Source: a virus
Taxonomy: Duplodnaviria; Heunggongvirae; Uroviricota; Caudoviricetes
DNA: 41,062 nt
Strand: one strand, 5' to 3'
Virus record (IMG/VR): IMGVR_UViG_2939177367_000003
Location: 1-41,062 of that record
This document shows positions 39,038-41,062 of the stretch, in pieces. How positions within the stretch are numbered: the first letter of the stretch is position 1; each line of letters opens with the position of its first letter. The position numbers and the translations under genes are program-made. The notes under the pieces are model-generated. The model was not told the origin of the DNA. It worked only from the letters and a program-made list of their open reading frames with translations, and did not search any database.

Positions 39038-39540
39038 AACAAATGTCACTAATTGAGATGGATGGATTTCTGAAAGGTAAATGCATCCCACGAGATTTAA
39101 AGGTTAACGAAACAAACGCTGAATATCTGGTGCGTAAATTTGCTGAGTTTGAATCAAAACTGGAAACGGCGTTGCGGGAGTGTCGTTCCGCTGGAATCAC
39201 GATTGATAACCTTGAAGCCAAGTGTGCGGCGCTGGCAGCAGAGAATGCGGGGATGAAGAAGTTCTGCAAAGACGCTGCATTCGATGCCGATTACGAAGCA
39301 GAGCTAGGTATGGAGCGTGGTGGATTCAGTGATGCGCTTAACGAAATCAAAACCCCAGCCACCGATGCTTTCCTGGCTGAAGTACGGGCGCGGGGGGTAG
39401 AGATGTACGCAGATAACCTCGACAACGGAGCAGACGACGCAGAACGAGGTGGTTTTGATTATGCCGTTAAGTTTCTACGCAGTGAAGCGTCTAGTGTACG
39501 TTTGTTCGCCGACCTACTTCGCAAAGTAGGCAAGCAGTGA
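39034..39540 (+). CDS. Hypothetical acidic protein (~168 aa)
   Basis: ORF with GGAG RBS; coiled-coil-like central region; no recognisable catalytic motif. Confidence 0.3.
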   Translation: MKQMSLIEMDGFLKGKCIPRDLKVNETNAEYLVRKFAEFESKLETALRECRSAGITIDNLEAKCAALAAENAGMKKFCKDAAFDADYEAELGMERGGFSDALNEIKTPATDAFLAEVRARGVEMYADNLDNGADDAERGGFDYAVKFLRSEASSVRLFADLLRKVGKQ

Positions 39541-39737
39541 ACAAGATTGACTATCAGGCACTGCGTGAGATAGCAAAGCACCAGAGACTTACAGAAGAAT
39601 CAGCGAGCTACGCAAGGACTAACGCCTCACACTCGATGAGGCATTTTCATTTATCAAGATATCTAGACCTACCATCGCCGCATCAATGCGGTTTTTTATT
39701 GCCTGATTTGCAGGTTCGATTCCCTATTCGGAGATAG
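39537..39737 (+). CDS. Hypothetical small protein (66 aa, GTG start)
   Basis: GTGA-coupled to upstream ORF; its 3' end overlaps the tRNA-derived fragment at 39706-39723. Confidence 0.2.
   Translation: MNKIDYQALREIAKHQRLTEESASYARTNASHSMRHFHLSRYLDLPSPHQCGFLLPDLQVRFPIRR
39706..39723 (+). repeat. tRNA-derived fragment (T-arm-like ATTTGCAGGTTCGATTCC)
   Basis: GCAGG-TTCGATT-CC has the form of a tRNA T-stem/T-loop; it is the 5' neighbour expected for the attR core at 40017-40031. Confidence 0.4.
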
Positions 39738-39742
39738 CACTC

Positions 39743-39943
39743 ATGCAACACGAACTACAACCTGATTCACTGGTTGATTTGAAATTCATCATGGCCGATA
39801 CTGGCTTCGGTAAAACCTTCATTTATGACCGGATTAAGTCCGGCGACCTGCCTAAAGCCAAAGTTATCCACGGGCGAGCAAGATGGTTATATCGTGACCA
39901 TTGTGAATTCAAAAATAAGCTCTTAAGCCGCGCCAATGGGTAA
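39743..39943 (+). CDS. torI: TorI-type excisionase / recombination directionality factor
   Basis: 66-aa translation MQHELQPDSLVDLKFIMADTGFGKTFIYDRIKSGDLPKAKVIHGRARWLYRDHCEFKNKLLSRANG matches E. coli TorI as recalled. Confidence 0.85.
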   Translation: MQHELQPDSLVDLKFIMADTGFGKTFIYDRIKSGDLPKAKVIHGRARWLYRDHCEFKNKLLSRANG

Positions 39944-40016
39944 AATAGCGGGTAAAATATTTCTCACATCTAAAAAACACCATTCCAATCAATCCCCTGC
40001 CGCTTCAAGTAGATGT

Positions 40017-40031
40017 CTGCAGGGGACACCA
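40017..40031 (+). repeat. attR core: 3' end of a tRNA-Arg-like gene (CTGCAGGGGACACCA)
   Basis: Reads as T-stem 3' strand, acceptor 3' strand, discriminator and CCA; lies between torI and dsdC; embedded in dyad CCCCTGC...GCAGGGG. Confidence 0.6.
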
Positions 40032-40126
40032 TCCTTGTGTTTATCCCTAAAACCACATAAAAACCGTAAATTAAATTCGAACTAGCAGGCCGAATAAGGC
40101 ACACCAGGAACTCGTGGTTTTATTCA

Positions 40127-41062
40127 TTATGAAGTGGTTTTTACCTGTTCTCTTAGCCAGGTAATAAACGCTTCAATTTTTGGCCACTGCCTGCCCGGTA
40201 ATGTGGTGATGTAATAATGCTGATGGCATTTCACCGTCATATCGCCAAACGGCGCGACGAGCTCACCACTGGCAAGCCTTTTTTGTACCAGGCGTTTTCT
40301 TCCCATCGCCACCCCAATATGATTCATCGCGGCAATAACAGCTAAATCAGAACGATCAAAGCCAATTCCAGAAGATGTCGGCAAATTAACCGCATAATGT
40401 TGCGCCCAACTATGCCATTCATCCGTACCGGAGTCGTTGCTCCATGCCTGTCTGTCATGGAGCAACGTACAGTGACACAGGTTAATTACCGTGTTGGTTA
40501 AAGCATGTCTTTGAGCGTATTCCGGGCTACATACTGGCAGGATTTCTTCATCCATCAGAAAGTGATGAGTGAGTTGCGCTGACGGCGCATCATCAAAGTA
40601 GATCGCCAAATCGATTCCGGCACGTTGCAGATTGACGTTGTCATTACCAGTGAGCACGGTGAGCGAAATAGACGGATACCGGCGTGTAAAGTCACCTAAT
40701 GCGGGCACCAACCAGCATTGGGCGATAGAGGGCCGGGAATACAGAGTTAACGTTCCCGATAACTCCTGATTTTTGATATCAAGAATTTCCTGGTTCAGGG
40801 TATCCAGCGACGATTTTAGCGCCCAATAAACACGTTTCCCCTCGTGCGTTAATTCCACTTTGCGATGGGAACGAACAAACAACTGAATGCCCAATTCTTC
40901 TTCCAGCTGATTGATACGGTGACTTACCGCACTGGGGCTCAGCGACAATTCCTCTGCCGCCAGGGCGAAGGACTGATGCCTGGCAGCCACTTCAAAAGTA
41001 TGCATTTTTGATAATTGCCAGCCGTTAAGCAGCCGATTTCTTATTTCACGAAGGGGTTCCAT
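40127..41062 (-). CDS. dsdC: LysR-family transcriptional regulator DsdC (D-serine deaminase activator); chromosomal flank
   Basis: Full 311-aa translation MEPLREIRNRLLNGWQLSKMHTFEVAARHQSFALAAEELSLSPSAVSHRINQLEEELGIQLF... recognised as DsdC; start codon is the last three bases of the window. Confidence 0.85.
   Translation of the reverse strand: MEPLREIRNRLLNGWQLSKMHTFEVAARHQSFALAAEELSLSPSAVSHRINQLEEELGIQLFVRSHRKVELTHEGKRVYWALKSSLDTLNQEILDIKNQELSGTLTLYSRPSIAQCWLVPALGDFTRRYPSISLTVLTGNDNVNLQRAGIDLAIYFDDAPSAQLTHHFLMDEEILPVCSPEYAQRHALTNTVINLCHCTLLHDRQAWSNDSGTDEWHSWAQHYAVNLPTSSGIGFDRSDLAVIAAMNHIGVAMGRKRLVQKRLASGELVAPFGDMTVKCHQHYYITTLPGRQWPKIEAFITWLREQVKTTS

Overview
The window is an almost complete ~40 kb mosaic temperate prophage, bounded on the left by a P4-type tyrosine integrase (IntS-like, starts at base 1) and on the right by the TorI-type excisionase, a tRNA-Arg-derived attR core (~40017-40031) and the chromosomal LysR regulator dsdC. 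From left to right it carries: a degraded O-antigen-modification locus (gtrA truncated by IS5, then a low-GC acyltransferase); an IS10-like transposase remnant; a Mu G-segment / e14 P-segment-type invertible tail-fibre cassette with hix/gix-like crossover sites but no intact invertase; a Mu-like contractile tail module; an HK97-like head module with terminase and HNH endonuclease; a lambda-type lysis cassette (S, R, Rz/Rz1) and Q antiterminator; a nin region with RusA and an inserted antirepressor; a replication module (O-like initiator with iterons, primase-helicase); a P22-type immunity region (CII, Cro, C2 repressor, operators, nut sites, N-like protein); and a rightward early operon with cIII, Erf, SSB and several unknown small genes. 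No CRISPR array, rRNA or complete tRNA gene was found. All calls rest on reading the translations and sequence by eye; no database search was run. The most interesting signals are the orphaned tail-fibre inversion switch, the split tRNA fragments bracketing torI, and the terminator-flanked cassettes of unknown small genes in the early-left operon. None of these can be called a new system from sequence alone.
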